Origin: Clostridiales bacterium
GTDB lineage: Bacteria; Bacillota; Clostridia; Lachnospirales; Lachnospiraceae
Direction: 5' to 3'
Length of the DNA stretch: 64,000 nucleotides
Assembly (NCBI GenBank): GCA_021204085.1
Contig: JAJPZY010000135.1
Span: 4,851 to 68,850, forward strand
Below are positions 11,861-21,788 of this stretch, piece after piece; the first letter of the stretch is position 1; each line of letters starts with the position of its first letter. A model generated the notes under the pieces. It was given only the letters and a program-made list of their open reading frames with translations, did not search any database and had not been told where the DNA came from. The position numbers were made by a program, and so were the translations under genes.

Positions 11861-12150
11861 AAATACCCTCCTTGAATTGTAATTTCCATGTTTTTGTCTT
11901 ATCCATAATATCGTAACGATGTTAAAAATACAATAGCAATTTTTTTAAATATTTTCCCCGGAACGGGAGCATAATCGTTTCTGATAGTTTATCATATGAA
12001 ACGGGCATTTTCGACCGTGATGTTTGCGTTTGAAATCTTTCTTCTTTTTGTATCTTGTATTCGTTTTTTGGTACAGGTATGATAAGAAATAATAATAGAA
12101 TTAAGGGCAATTTCGATTTTCAGATATATGTATGAAGGAGGAAGTTAGTT

Positions 12151-15100
12151 ATGATCATTCCGAAGTATTATGAGGACATTCACACATTGAATGTGAATTC
12201 CGAGCCGATCCGCGCGTATTACATTCCGACGTCTCCTGCGCAGGAGCAGACCTGGAAGAGCCGCCGGCAGACGGATCGGTTTTTCCTGTTGAACGGAGAC
12301 TGGAAGTTTCTGTATTTTGACAGTATTTATGACTGTCTGGAGGTGTTTTATGAGGAGGGGTACCGCACGGATGAGTTTGATTCAATCCCTGTTCCGTCCA
12401 ACTGGCAGGATCATGCATACGGGCTTCATCAGTATACGAACACTCGTTATCCGTTCCCGTTTGATCCGCCCTATGTGCCTCATGAAAATCCCTGCGGCGC
12501 ATATGTCCGGAATTTTACTTATCACAAAGCGGAGGGGACCGCTACCTATCACCTGAATTTTGAGGGCGTGGATTCCTGCTATTACGTTTGGGTGAACGGA
12601 GAGTTTATCGGATACCATCAGGTATCCCATTCGACCGGTGAATTTGATATTACTGAGCAGCTGCGCGAGGGGGAGAACACGCTCGCCGTCCTTGTGCTGC
12701 AGTGGTGTGACGGAAGCTACCTGGAGGATCAGGATAAGTTCCGCAGCTCCGGTATTTTCCGTGACGTTTATATCCTGGCCAGACCGAAGAACTATGTGAG
12801 TGATTATTTCACGACGACGGTTTTGAAGGATGATTATAAAAATGCGGATGTAAAGATTGCCCTCACATTTGCGGGGGAGGAGATTCCGGTTTCCTATCGT
12901 TTGATGACTCCCTGCGGCTGCACGGTTGCGGAGGGTACTTCGGCCGGCGCTGAGATTTCCTTTTCCGTGTCTGATGTAACTCTGTGGAATGCAGAGGCAC
13001 CGTATCTGTATACGCTGTTTCTCGCGACGGAGGATGAGGTGATCCGGGATCGGATAGGTTTCCGTGAGATTAAGATTGTTGACAGTGTTGTCTATCTGAA
13101 TGGGAAGAAAGTTCGTTTCCGCGGTACGAACCGTCACGACAGCGATCCGTATGTAGGCTCTGCTGTGACGCTTGAAAGTATCCGGTACGATATGTCGCTG
13201 ATGAAACAGCACAATTTTAACGCGATCCGTTCCAGTCATTATCCGAACATGCCGGAGTTTTATGAGCTCTGTGATGAGTATGGTTTTTATGTCATCGATG
13301 AGACTGACCTGGAGGTTCACGGTGTTGTTGACCTTTACAATGTGAATATTTACCGGGAGAAGGGAGAGCACCCGTTCCCGCCGTTTATCTGCGACAATCC
13401 GGAGTGGAAAGAAGCAATCTTAGACCGTGTGCAGAAGTGTGTGCTCCGTGATAAGAACCGTCCCTCTGTCCTTGTATGGTCGATGGGAAATGAGTCCGGT
13501 TACGGCTGTACTTTTGAAAATGCACTGGCATGGACGAAGAGCTATGACAAGACCAGACTGACGCATTATGAGGGTTCACTGCATCGTCCGCGCAACCCGA
13601 TCGGCGGAAAAAATGATTATTCCAATATTGACTTAAGAAGCCGGATGTATGCCTCCATTCCTGAGATGCATGCATATCTGCAGAACAATCCGGATAAACC
13701 ATTTGTTCAGTGTGAGTACATCCACGCGATGGGGAACGGCCCCGGAGACATCGAAGACTATTATGAGCTGGAGGAGATGTATGATTCCTATGTCGGCGGC
13801 TTCGTATGGGAGTGGTGTGATCACGGCATTTACATGGGTAAGACCAACAGCCGCCATAAAAAGTTCTATTACGGCGGCGACTTCGGCGAGTATCCGCATG
13901 ACGGGAATTTCTGCATGGACGGACTGGTATATCCTGACCGCACGCTGTCGGTGGGCATTAAGGAGTATAAAAACGTACATCGTCCGGTGCGCGTAAAGCT
14001 TATCGATGCCGCGGCGGGAACATATATTTTACAGAACAATCTGGATTTTACAAATTTAAAAGATGCTCTTTATCTGACCTGGGCTGTCTGGTGCGACGGA
14101 GATAAGATTTCCGCCGGTGAGATTCGGGATACCGGGCTCCTGGATGTTGCGCCCAGATCAAAGAAGGAAGTGGTGCTTCCGATTGAAGTGCCGCAGATGG
14201 AGGGAAAATCATATGTGATGATCACCTCCCATAAGCTGACGGCGGATTGTTTCCGTGAGGAAGGATTTGAGCTCGGATTTGACCAGCTGTTCTTAAACGA
14301 TGCACCGACAAAGAAGCTGACGAATCTTCTGGCGACTGAGAGTACGGCTCAGAAAGCGGTGACCTACAGCCAGGATGAGCGTTATGTTTATATTGAAGGA
14401 GAGGATTTTTCTTATACTTTCAACCTGCTGACCGGCGTGATCGGCAGAATCGTATATAAGAACCACAGCTTTATGGATGAGCCGATGGAACTGAATATCT
14501 GGCGTGCGCCGACGGATAATGACCGTGTGGTGAAAAAGCTCTGGTATGAGGCGGGATATGACTGCATGCAGACCAGGACGTACAGCAATACTTTCGAGAC
14601 GCTGGCAGACGGCAGCCTGAAGATTACGACGGTTTCCGCGATGGCTCCGGTGTATCGTCAGAAGTTTTTGGATTTTGTTATCGACTGGGTGATTAAGCCG
14701 GACGGCACCATCAACGTTCATCTGGAAGTAGAGCGCGATGCTGTGATGCGTGGTACCTATGCGCCTTATTTCAACATGCCGGAGAAGCGGCTGGATATGC
14801 ACGGAATCGAGGATTGCTTTGAGGTCCACGAAGCATACCTTCCCCGTTTAGGTATCCGTATGCATCTGCCGAAAAATATGTGCAAAGTAGAATATTACGG
14901 ATACGGTCCGTATGAGAGTTATATCGACAAGCGGCGGGCCAGCTGGTTCGGAAAGTTTGACGCGCATGTAGCAGCCATGCATGAGGATTACATCCGCCCG
15001 CAGGAAAACGGCAGCCATTACGGCTGTGAGTACGTCACCGTGGCAGACCGCACCCACAGGCTTTCAGTTTATAACGAGACGCCGTTTTCCTTTAACCTGT

Positions 15101-15300
15101 CTCAGTACACGGCGGAGGAGCTGACAAAGAAAGCGCACAACTTTGAGTTGGAAAAGTCCGGACATACTATTTTCTGCATCGACTATCGTCAGAGCGGAAT
15201 CGGCTCCGGAAGCTGCGGCCCTCAGCTGGCAGATAAATATCGGCTGAACGACACGCATTACAGCTTCGGGTTCCATATCCGCCCGGAGGAGCTTGCGTAG
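12151..15300 (+). CDS. lacZ: GH2 beta-galactosidase (LacZ/EbgA type)
   Basis: GTNRHD, WSMGNESG (acid/base Glu), CEYIHAMGN (nucleophile Glu) and GGFVWEWCD; 1049 aa. Confidence 0.9.
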   Translation: MIIPKYYEDIHTLNVNSEPIRAYYIPTSPAQEQTWKSRRQTDRFFLLNGDWKFLYFDSIYDCLEVFYEEGYRTDEFDSIPVPSNWQDHAYGLHQYTNTRYPFPFDPPYVPHENPCGAYVRNFTYHKAEGTATYHLNFEGVDSCYYVWVNGEFIGYHQVSHSTGEFDITEQLREGENTLAVLVLQWCDGSYLEDQDKFRSSGIFRDVYILARPKNYVSDYFTTTVLKDDYKNADVKIALTFAGEEIPVSYRLMTPCGCTVAEGTSAGAEISFSVSDVTLWNAEAPYLYTLFLATEDEVIRDRIGFREIKIVDSVVYLNGKKVRFRGTNRHDSDPYVGSAVTLESIRYDMSLMKQHNFNAIRSSHYPNMPEFYELCDEYGFYVIDETDLEVHGVVDLYNVNIYREKGEHPFPPFICDNPEWKEAILDRVQKCVLRDKNRPSVLVWSMGNESGYGCTFENALAWTKSYDKTRLTHYEGSLHRPRNPIGGKNDYSNIDLRSRMYASIPEMHAYLQNNPDKPFVQCEYIHAMGNGPGDIEDYYELEEMYDSYVGGFVWEWCDHGIYMGKTNSRHKKFYYGGDFGEYPHDGNFCMDGLVYPDRTLSVGIKEYKNVHRPVRVKLIDAAAGTYILQNNLDFTNLKDALYLTWAVWCDGDKISAGEIRDTGLLDVAPRSKKEVVLPIEVPQMEGKSYVMITSHKLTADCFREEGFELGFDQLFLNDAPTKKLTNLLATESTAQKAVTYSQDERYVYIEGEDFSYTFNLLTGVIGRIVYKNHSFMDEPMELNIWRAPTDNDRVVKKLWYEAGYDCMQTRTYSNTFETLADGSLKITTVSAMAPVYRQKFLDFVIDWVIKPDGTINVHLEVERDAVMRGTYAPYFNMPEKRLDMHGIEDCFEVHEAYLPRLGIRMHLPKNMCKVEYYGYGPYESYIDKRRASWFGKFDAHVAAMHEDYIRPQENGSHYGCEYVTVADRTHRLSVYNETPFSFNLSQYTAEELTKKAHNFELEKSGHTIFCIDYRQSGIGSGSCGPQLADKYRLNDTHYSFGFHIRPEELA

Positions 15301-15305
15301 GAAGC

Positions 15306-15517
15306 TTTTTTGTATCATAGGAAAGACCTTGCTTTTGTAAATTGGTAAAGTGCGTGATTTCCTATGATATAAAAACACTCTGTGAGGATGCGCAGCAGCT
15401 GTGCACGCTTGTTCACTAAGCTCACGATGTTCGCTAAGTGAGCCAATGCGTCGCGGATAGGAAGTTTTTGCTGCGCAACCGCTCGCGCGCGAAGTGTCGC
15501 AGGGCGACACTTTATTT
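15306..15517 (+). repeat. Palindromic intergenic repeat family A, copy 1
   Basis: Core 15371-15512 is 141/142 identical to the reverse complement of the 36.3-36.5 kb copy. Hairpins: tatcataggaaa/tttcctatgata and aagtgtcgc-agg-gcgacactt. Confidence 0.93.
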
Positions 15518-15604
15518 AAAAACATTGAATGACGGATGAGGAAGCTGTCGGTATCATATTTTAAGGCAACCGGGGCAACGCTTCGACGAACTAATCGCTA
15601 ACTG

Positions 15605-15668
15605 CGACTACGGAACTGTCACGATTTTTCTGTGTAGACAGACATGGTATTGGCGTGACAGTTCCTAT
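15605..15668 (+). repeat. Variant REP-like hairpin unit related to family B
   Basis: gactac-GGAACTGTCACG...CGTGACAGTTCC-ta, a 12-bp stem (15612-15623/15654-15665) in the same gactacGGAA...TTCCta frame as family B. Confidence 0.6.
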
Positions 15669-15804
15669 AGACACTCAGAATAGTTTTCGCGTCTAAAGTC
15701 TTAGTATACGACTTTGCTAAGCTCAATGTTCGCCGATGGCTCCATTTCGCTAAGTGCCGCATGTATAACATGAAAGCAGCCAATCAGCGTTCGTCAGTGA
15801 CAGC

Positions 15805-15912
15805 TTTGCATAAGTTCGACTACGGAAATCAGAGATTTCCTACGTTGTATAAGTTCGATCACGCAAATTTGAAATTTGCTATCTCACTTATGTCTCACTT
15901 ATCCGTTTCTTG
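15805..15912 (+). repeat. REP-like repeat family B, copy 1
   Basis: 15815-15905 is identical over 91 bp to the reverse complement of 18550-18640. It holds two tandem units, each TAAGTTCGAYYACG plus a hairpin. Confidence 0.93.
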
Positions 15913-16090
15913 GGCTTTCATGGTAACCGCTGGATTTTGTCTCAGCTAAAAGCGCCCCTATAAAGTTGCCTGAAAATAGGATACCGGCAACTTCCCATCC
16001 TGTGCCGATGGTTATGATAAACAATAAGAATAGTGCTTTGTTAAATCAATGGTTTCTTTTGTTTGAAAAAATACGTTTGGAAAATTTAAG

Positions 16091-16120
16091 TTGACAGGTT
16101 ACGTGAATACACATTATACT
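16091..16120 (+). promoter_or_regulatory. sigmaA-type promoter upstream of the hydF/nif-like/hyp cluster
   Basis: TTGACA-18 bp-TATACT. Confidence 0.7.
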
Positions 16121-16223
16121 TTGAGTAGTTAAGACATTTGCGAGAATCATTCATCTGACCATAAGGTACGGCCTGAAAGGAAAGACAAGTGATTGCAGCG
16201 ACAGGAAAGAGTTATTTATGCTG

Positions 16224-16257
16224 CCCTTGTACCCATTTTCAGGTACAAGGGTTTTTT
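16224..16257 (+). terminator. Intrinsic terminator inside the 5' leader of the hydF cluster (probable attenuator)
   Basis: cccttgtacc-cattttca-ggtacaaggg followed by TTTTTT, about 100 nt after the promoter and 300 nt before hydF. Confidence 0.8.
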
Positions 16258-16562
16258 GTAGTATATATACTTTGAATGTGGGTGGTGTGAGTGAGGAATA
16301 CAAACATGGAGACATTAAAAAGGCAGGGGATAGAATTGTTAATGTTGAGAATAATTTCTGGTTAATCGTCAGATTTTTATAAGCCGAGATTAACTAATGG
16401 ATGAACAACGAAAAAGGCAAAATGTGCCTCCCTGATCCTTGGGGATGACCTGAAAAATAAAGAAAAGTTTCCCAAAACGGGTTGCCGAAGGCAGGAACGA
16501 CCCGAGAAATGAAGAAAATTCGAAGAGAAGTAGTACAGCGCGGATAAAAGGAGGAATGAAAG

Positions 16563-17762
16563 ATGAGCCTGAACAGTACGCCTTCCGCGAACCGGATCCA
16601 CATCGGTTTTTTCGGAAGAAGAAATGCAGGAAAATCAAGTATCGTTAATGCAGTGACCGGGCAGGATCTGGCTGTGGTATCCGAGATCAGAGGGACGACC
16701 ACGGATCCGGTTTACAAGTCGATGGAACTCCTGCCCATGGGACCGGTGGTGATCATTGATACCCCGGGTTTTGACGATGAGGGAAGCCTCGGTGATCTAC
16801 GTGTAAAAAAGACCCGCCAGGTTTTAAATAAGACGGATGTAGCGGTGCTGATTGTTGACGCCTCGGAGGGAAAGCAGCCCTGCGATGAGGAATTGATCGC
16901 TTTGTTTCAGGAGAAGGAGATTCCCTATGTTGTGGCTTATAACAAGTCAGACCTTGTCACAGAGCAGCGAGAACTTTCTGAAAATGAGATCTCCGTTAGC
17001 GCGCTTTATAAGCAGGGAATTTATGAACTGAAGGAAATGATCGGGCGCTCTGTGGTGATGGAGGATGAACGGCTGAAAATTGTCGGAGATCTGATTCAGC
17101 CGGACGATTTTGTGGTACTGGTGGTGCCGATTGACTCGGCGGCTCCGAAAGGGCGGCTGATTCTTCCGCAGCAGCAGACCATCCGGGACGTCTTGGAGGC
17201 GGACGCCACGGCTCTTGTTGTGAAAGAGAACGGTCTGGCTGAGACTCTGAAAAACATGGGACAAAAGCCGGCGATGGTGATCACGGACAGTCAGGCTTTT
17301 GAGCAGGTGGCGACTACGGTGCCGGAGGATATTCTTCTGACCTCTTTCTCTATTCTGATGGCGAGATATAAAGGCTTTCTGGATGCGGCGGTAGAAGGCG
17401 TCCGGGCGCTGGACACACTGGAGGATGGCGATACGGTGCTGATTTCCGAGGGATGCACGCATCACAGGCAGTGCGACGATATCGGTACGGTGAAGCTTCC
17501 ACGTTGGATCAGGCAGTATACGGGCAAAGATATTCGCTTTGCGACGAGCTCCGGTACGGGGTTTCCGGATGATTTGTCCGGATATAAGATGGTGATTCAT
17601 TGCGGCGGGTGCATGCTCAATGAGCGGGAAGTAAAATACCGCATGAAATGTTCTCTGGATCAGGGCGTGCCGTTTACCAATTACGGGGTGACGATCGCGT
17701 ATCTGAAGGGAATATTGAAGCGGAGCGTGCAGGTGTTTCCTTATTTATATGAGAGATTATGA
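16563..17762 (+). CDS. hydF: [FeFe]-hydrogenase H-cluster maturation GTPase HydF
   Basis: [13 protein letters not shown] and NKSD GTPase motifs; GRLILPQ; Fe-S motif EGCTHH...HCGGCM; TNYG. Confidence 0.93.
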   Translation: MSLNSTPSANRIHIGFFGRRNAGKSSIVNAVTGQDLAVVSEIRGTTTDPVYKSMELLPMGPVVIIDTPGFDDEGSLGDLRVKKTRQVLNKTDVAVLIVDASEGKQPCDEELIALFQEKEIPYVVAYNKSDLVTEQRELSENEISVSALYKQGIYELKEMIGRSVVMEDERLKIVGDLIQPDDFVVLVVPIDSAAPKGRLILPQQQTIRDVLEADATALVVKENGLAETLKNMGQKPAMVITDSQAFEQVATTVPEDILLTSFSILMARYKGFLDAAVEGVRALDTLEDGDTVLISEGCTHHRQCDDIGTVKLPRWIRQYTGKDIRFATSSGTGFPDDLSGYKMVIHCGGCMLNEREVKYRMKCSLDQGVPFTNYGVTIAYLKGILKRSVQVFPYLYERL

Positions 17763-18505
17763 AGAAAATAGCAGTTTACGGAAAAGGCGGAATCGGAAAA
17801 TCTACGATTGTATCGAATATGGCGGCTGCACTGGCGCAGCAGGGATATCGTGTCATGCAGATCGGCTGTGACCCGAAAGCAGATTCTACAATTGCCCTGC
17901 GTCACGGGACGCCGCTTCCCACAGTGTTGGATACGTTTCGTCAGAAAAAAGATACTTTTACGTCGGAGGATATTGTAAGAATCGGATTTGCAGGCGTTGT
18001 CTGTATCGAAGCAGGCGGACCGGTACCCGGTGTTGGCTGCGCGGGACGGGGAATTATCACGGCGCTGGAGAAGGTTGAAGCGAAGGGAATTTATGATATT
18101 TATCAGCCGGATATCGTTTTCTACGATGTTCTGGGTGATGTGGTCTGCGGCGGATTTTCCATGCCGATGCGCAGCGGTTATGCGGACGAAGTCTATATCG
18201 TTTCCTCCGGTGAGAATATGTCCATTTATGCTGCGGCAAATATTGCGGCGGCGATCCGGAATTTTAAGGGGCGCGGCTATGCGAAGCTCGGCGGCGTGAT
18301 CTTAAACCGACGGAATGTAAAGCGGGAGAAGGAAAAGGTCGAGGAGCTTTGCCGGGATTTTGAGACCGGGATTGTCGGTGACATTGCGTTCTCGGAGCTG
18401 GTACAGGAGGCAGAGGAGCGGAAAGTAACTTTGCTGGAAGCATATCCGGAGAGTGACATCTCACTACAATTTCAACGTCTGGCCAGAACAATTGCGGATG
18501 CGTGA
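17759..18505 (+). CDS. Nitrogenase iron protein (NifH/BchL/CfbC family)-like ATPase 1
   Basis: [19 protein letters not shown], and cluster Cys in GCAGRG and DVVCGGF. At 248 aa it is shorter than canonical NifH. ATGA overlap with hydF. Confidence 0.92.
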   Translation: MKKIAVYGKGGIGKSTIVSNMAAALAQQGYRVMQIGCDPKADSTIALRHGTPLPTVLDTFRQKKDTFTSEDIVRIGFAGVVCIEAGGPVPGVGCAGRGIITALEKVEAKGIYDIYQPDIVFYDVLGDVVCGGFSMPMRSGYADEVYIVSSGENMSIYAAANIAAAIRNFKGRGYAKLGGVILNRRNVKREKEKVEELCRDFETGIVGDIAFSELVQEAEERKVTLLEAYPESDISLQFQRLARTIADA

Positions 18506-18541
18506 AGGGAGCAAGCCTATATTTTTACTTATTTTGAGAAT

Positions 18542-18650
18542 CCAAGCAGCGGATAAGTGAGACATAAGTGAGATAGCAAATTTCAAATTTGCGTGATCGA
18601 ACTTATACAACGTAGGAAATCTCTGATTTCCGTAGTCGAATTTATGTAAA
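18542..18650 (-). repeat. REP-like repeat family B, copy 2 (inverted relative to copy 1)
   Basis: 91-bp identity to the reverse complement of 15815-15905. Confidence 0.93.
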
Positions 18651-18850
18651 ACTTCCACAGGTGAACGTCGAGCTTAGCAGAGTTGTTTCGTGTTTATATC
18701 GTTTGATATGAGAATGAAAACCCGAATCTGCGGTTTGGAAAAATCGGTGAACATGTATGGATATGAAATGTCTGAATGAAAGGATATGTCAGACTGACAT
18801 GTGAAGTAAATAAAGTAAAATATGGAAGTGTATAATAAGGCAGATATTGA

Positions 18851-20188
18851 ATGTTGCAGCGTTTAGAACATGATCAAAAGATAAATAATTTGAATACTGA
18901 AAATGTCTGTGTCCCGATTTCCGACGCGCACTTTCCTGCGCCGTTTCACGCGGGGCTGGAATACAGTTCTCCGGCGCGCGGCACCTGGAATATCGTCCAC
19001 ACGGGGATAATGATTCCGGAGTCGCACCAGATCTTTGTCTGTGCGCTGGGCTGCCTGCGGGGCGTGGTTCTGACAGCGGCGGAGATGAACGCGCTGGGCC
19101 GTTATTCTTCGATTCAGATTCGGGAGGAGAATGTTCTGGACGGCGGGATGGAAGATCTGATGATTGAGGGCGTCACGGACATCATTCAAAAGCTGGATGT
19201 CCGGCCGAAAGCGATTTTGCTTTTTATCAGCTGTCAGCATTTTTTCCTGGCGTATGATCAGAAAATTGTCTTTTCCGTCCTCCGCGAGCGCTTTCCGGAT
19301 ATTTATTTTACTGACTGTTACATGATTCCGACGCTTCGCAAGAGCGGCCTGACACCGGATCAGAAGATGCGGATTCAGATGTACAGCATGTTGGAACAAC
19401 GCCCGAAAAACAGAAAAAAGGTGAATCTGATCGGCAGCAATCTGGAGACGGCACATACTTCAGAACTGCGGCGGATGGTGGAAAACGCCGGGTATGAATT
19501 CTGGGATTTATACCGATGTCAGGACTTTAAGGACTACTTATCTATGGCAGAGGCGTCCTTAAACCTTGTCTATGAGCCGATCGCGTTGATGGCGGCGGAG
19601 GATTTGAAAAAGCGGCTGGGGCAGGAGTATCTTTATCTCACTTTCACCTATGATTTTGAAGAATTAGAGGAAAATTATCGGAAGCTGGCGGATGCGCTCG
19701 GGATTGAGAAGCCTGATTTTTCAACAGAGAAACACCGGGCGGAATTTGCGATTGCTCATGCAAAAGAGCTGATTGGGGACATGCCCATCGCGGTTGATTA
19801 TACGTTTACTTTCCGTATCTTAAGTTTTGCAAGGATGCTTTTAGAACAGGGCTTTCATATAACTGAGATTTACGCGGATTCGTTTTTGCCGGAGGATGAA
19901 GAAAATTTCAGGTGGATACAGGAGCAGTATCCTGATGTTCTGATCTCGGCTACGAATCAGCCGGTGATGCGGTTCGTGCATGGGGAGCATAGAATCCTCG
20001 CGATCGGCCAGAAAGCGGCATATTTTTCAGGAACGGATCATTTTGTAAATGTGGCGGAGAGCGGCGGCTTTTACGGATACGACGGGATTGTTCAGATTAT
20101 GAATCTGATGGAGGATGCGTTTTTCCGTAAAAAAGACAGAAAAACCATCATCCAGCGGAAAGGGTACGGGTGCGAGAGCTGCTTATGA
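18851..20188 (+). CDS. Nitrogenase component-1-like oxidoreductase, alpha-type subunit of pair 1
   Basis: Follows the nifH-like gene; VCALGC and FISC Cys sites; C-terminal GFYGYDG similar to NifD/NifE; terminal CESC. Confidence 0.8.
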   Translation: MLQRLEHDQKINNLNTENVCVPISDAHFPAPFHAGLEYSSPARGTWNIVHTGIMIPESHQIFVCALGCLRGVVLTAAEMNALGRYSSIQIREENVLDGGMEDLMIEGVTDIIQKLDVRPKAILLFISCQHFFLAYDQKIVFSVLRERFPDIYFTDCYMIPTLRKSGLTPDQKMRIQMYSMLEQRPKNRKKVNLIGSNLETAHTSELRRMVENAGYEFWDLYRCQDFKDYLSMAEASLNLVYEPIALMAAEDLKKRLGQEYLYLTFTYDFEELEENYRKLADALGIEKPDFSTEKHRAEFAIAHAKELIGDMPIAVDYTFTFRILSFARMLLEQGFHITEIYADSFLPEDEENFRWIQEQYPDVLISATNQPVMRFVHGEHRILAIGQKAAYFSGTDHFVNVAESGGFYGYDGIVQIMNLMEDAFFRKKDRKTIIQRKGYGCESCL

Positions 20189-21633
20189 GACAGGTGACGG
20201 GACTGACTTCTACATATTCATCGGATGAATTCGGCATCTGTTCCGCACTTTATGAGCTGGGCGGAATGGTCGTCATGCATGACGCTTCCGGATGTAATTC
20301 GACCTACACGACGCATGACGAACCGCGGTGGTATGACATGGACAGCATGATTTTCATTTCCGCAATCTCAGAGATGGAAGCCATCATGGGCGACGATGAC
20401 AAGTTTATCGAAGATCTGGTGGAGACGGCCGAAGAGCTGCAGCCGAAGTTTATCGCTCTTGTAGGGGCGCCGATTCCCTATATGATCGGTACGGATTTGG
20501 AGGCGATCGCGGCGATTGTCAGCGAGCGGGTGCAGATTCCCTGCTTTGCGTTTGCGGCGAATGGGATGCACGATTATACGCGCGGCGTGTCCATGGCGCT
20601 GGAGCGGATTGTAAGGGAATACGCTACTGAAGCTGTTTATTCAGGAAGACAGAAAGGTTCATTGGAGACAGAGAACCATGCCGGAAAGCTTGACAGAACG
20701 GAAACAAACATATATCCGGGAAAGAGTGAAACGGGAACGCCGGTATTCCGGGATGAACAGCAGCGGGTGCAGAGTTCTCCTGCATCGAACCGAGAGGATG
20801 TCCGGAAACAGTGTATGGCAGCTCCGATAACCGTCAACATCCTTGGCGCGACGCCCCTGGATTTTTCTTTAAACGGCAGTGTCGATTCCATACAAAAGTG
20901 GATTTCCAACCAGAAAATGCGAATGGGCTCCTGCCTTTCCATAGGATGTACGCTGGATAATATTCGGGAAATGGGAAATGCCGATGTCAATCTTGTGATC
21001 TCAGCCGGAGGTCTTGCAGCTGCAGAAATTTTGCGGGAGCGCTTCGGAACGCCTTATGTAGTGGGAGTTCCGTTTGGCGAGAAATTTTCGGAATATCTGG
21101 CGGAGATTGTACGGGAAGCGGCGAGTTCACAGAAAAACCGTATTTCCTATATGTTAAAAATATCGTGTAAAAACAGAGCAATGTCGCAATCCGATAAAAA
21201 AGCAGAAATATATTCTTGTGATGTCGGTGGAAATAAAACGCAGTTAAAACCTGCAGATGCAATCGGGAACAGCAATGTGTCTTCGAATTCTGATGTGGCA
21301 GGGGAGAGCGGGAAACGCATGCGTTGCGTTATCATCGGCGAGAGTGTATTTTCCGCATCTTTGGCCGCCGCGATTGAGATGGAGCGCAGGGTAAATGTGA
21401 AAGTACTTTGCCCACTGGAAAATGGAGCTGATTTGCTTCGTCCGGGTGATCTTGCCACGCCGGAGGAAGATGATCTGATTCGGGAGATAAAATCAGCAGA
21501 CGCGGTCATTGCGGATCCTCTGTATCAATCACTGGCTCGAGCGAAGCAGTTTTATCCGCTGCCTCATGAGGCATTTTCCGGGAGAATCTATGACAGTGTG
21601 AATCCGAATCTCATTGCGGTTCCGCTAAAGTGA
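20185..21633 (+). CDS. Nitrogenase component-1-like oxidoreductase, beta-type subunit of pair 1
   Basis: SDEFG, HDASGC, DEPRW, VNILGATPLD and IADPLY; ATGA overlap with the upstream gene; paralog of 23859-25016. Confidence 0.8.
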   Translation: MRQVTGLTSTYSSDEFGICSALYELGGMVVMHDASGCNSTYTTHDEPRWYDMDSMIFISAISEMEAIMGDDDKFIEDLVETAEELQPKFIALVGAPIPYMIGTDLEAIAAIVSERVQIPCFAFAANGMHDYTRGVSMALERIVREYATEAVYSGRQKGSLETENHAGKLDRTETNIYPGKSETGTPVFRDEQQRVQSSPASNREDVRKQCMAAPITVNILGATPLDFSLNGSVDSIQKWISNQKMRMGSCLSIGCTLDNIREMGNADVNLVISAGGLAAAEILRERFGTPYVVGVPFGEKFSEYLAEIVREAASSQKNRISYMLKISCKNRAMSQSDKKAEIYSCDVGGNKTQLKPADAIGNSNVSSNSDVAGESGKRMRCVIIGESVFSASLAAAIEMERRVNVKVLCPLENGADLLRPGDLATPEEDDLIREIKSADAVIADPLYQSLARAKQFYPLPHEAFSGRIYDSVNPNLIAVPLK

Positions 21634-21788
21634 GGGGCGTCATATTTAGTGATTTGAGATAAAGCCTTGCTGGGATGGGAAATAACCCACCAAAACAGAA
21701 GAATTGTGAAAATAGTGGGCAGCCGGGACAAAAAGCACCCCACCTAACCAGCAGAATTGTAATGTAGAGGGAAAGGAAATATAAATTT

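Noticed and set aside
15811-15905. CRISPR array interpretation of the tandem hairpin units
   Set aside because: There are only two non-identical units, no unique spacers and no cas genes.
15761-15949. Twin small ORFs (15761-15949 + and 18464-18658 -) with the identical LHKFDYGNQRFPTLYK... peptide
   Set aside because: They are translations of repeat family B, with no RBS or coding evidence.
15962-16000. THF-riboswitch-like GGATGGGAAGTTGCC on the minus strand
   Set aside because: The other conserved THF elements (GCGTTAAGTG, AACGAA) are absent, and there is no downstream folate gene.
16127-16257. T-box (a TGC Cys specifier-like triplet is present) or SAM riboswitch in the hydF leader
   Set aside because: There is no T-box antiterminator bulge and no SAM-I core, so it is left as an unclassified leader.
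16306-16365. 19-aa ORF METLKRQGIELLMLRIISG with a GAGGA RBS
   Set aside because: It lies after the terminator and has no run of regulatory codons, so it cannot be supported as a leader peptide.
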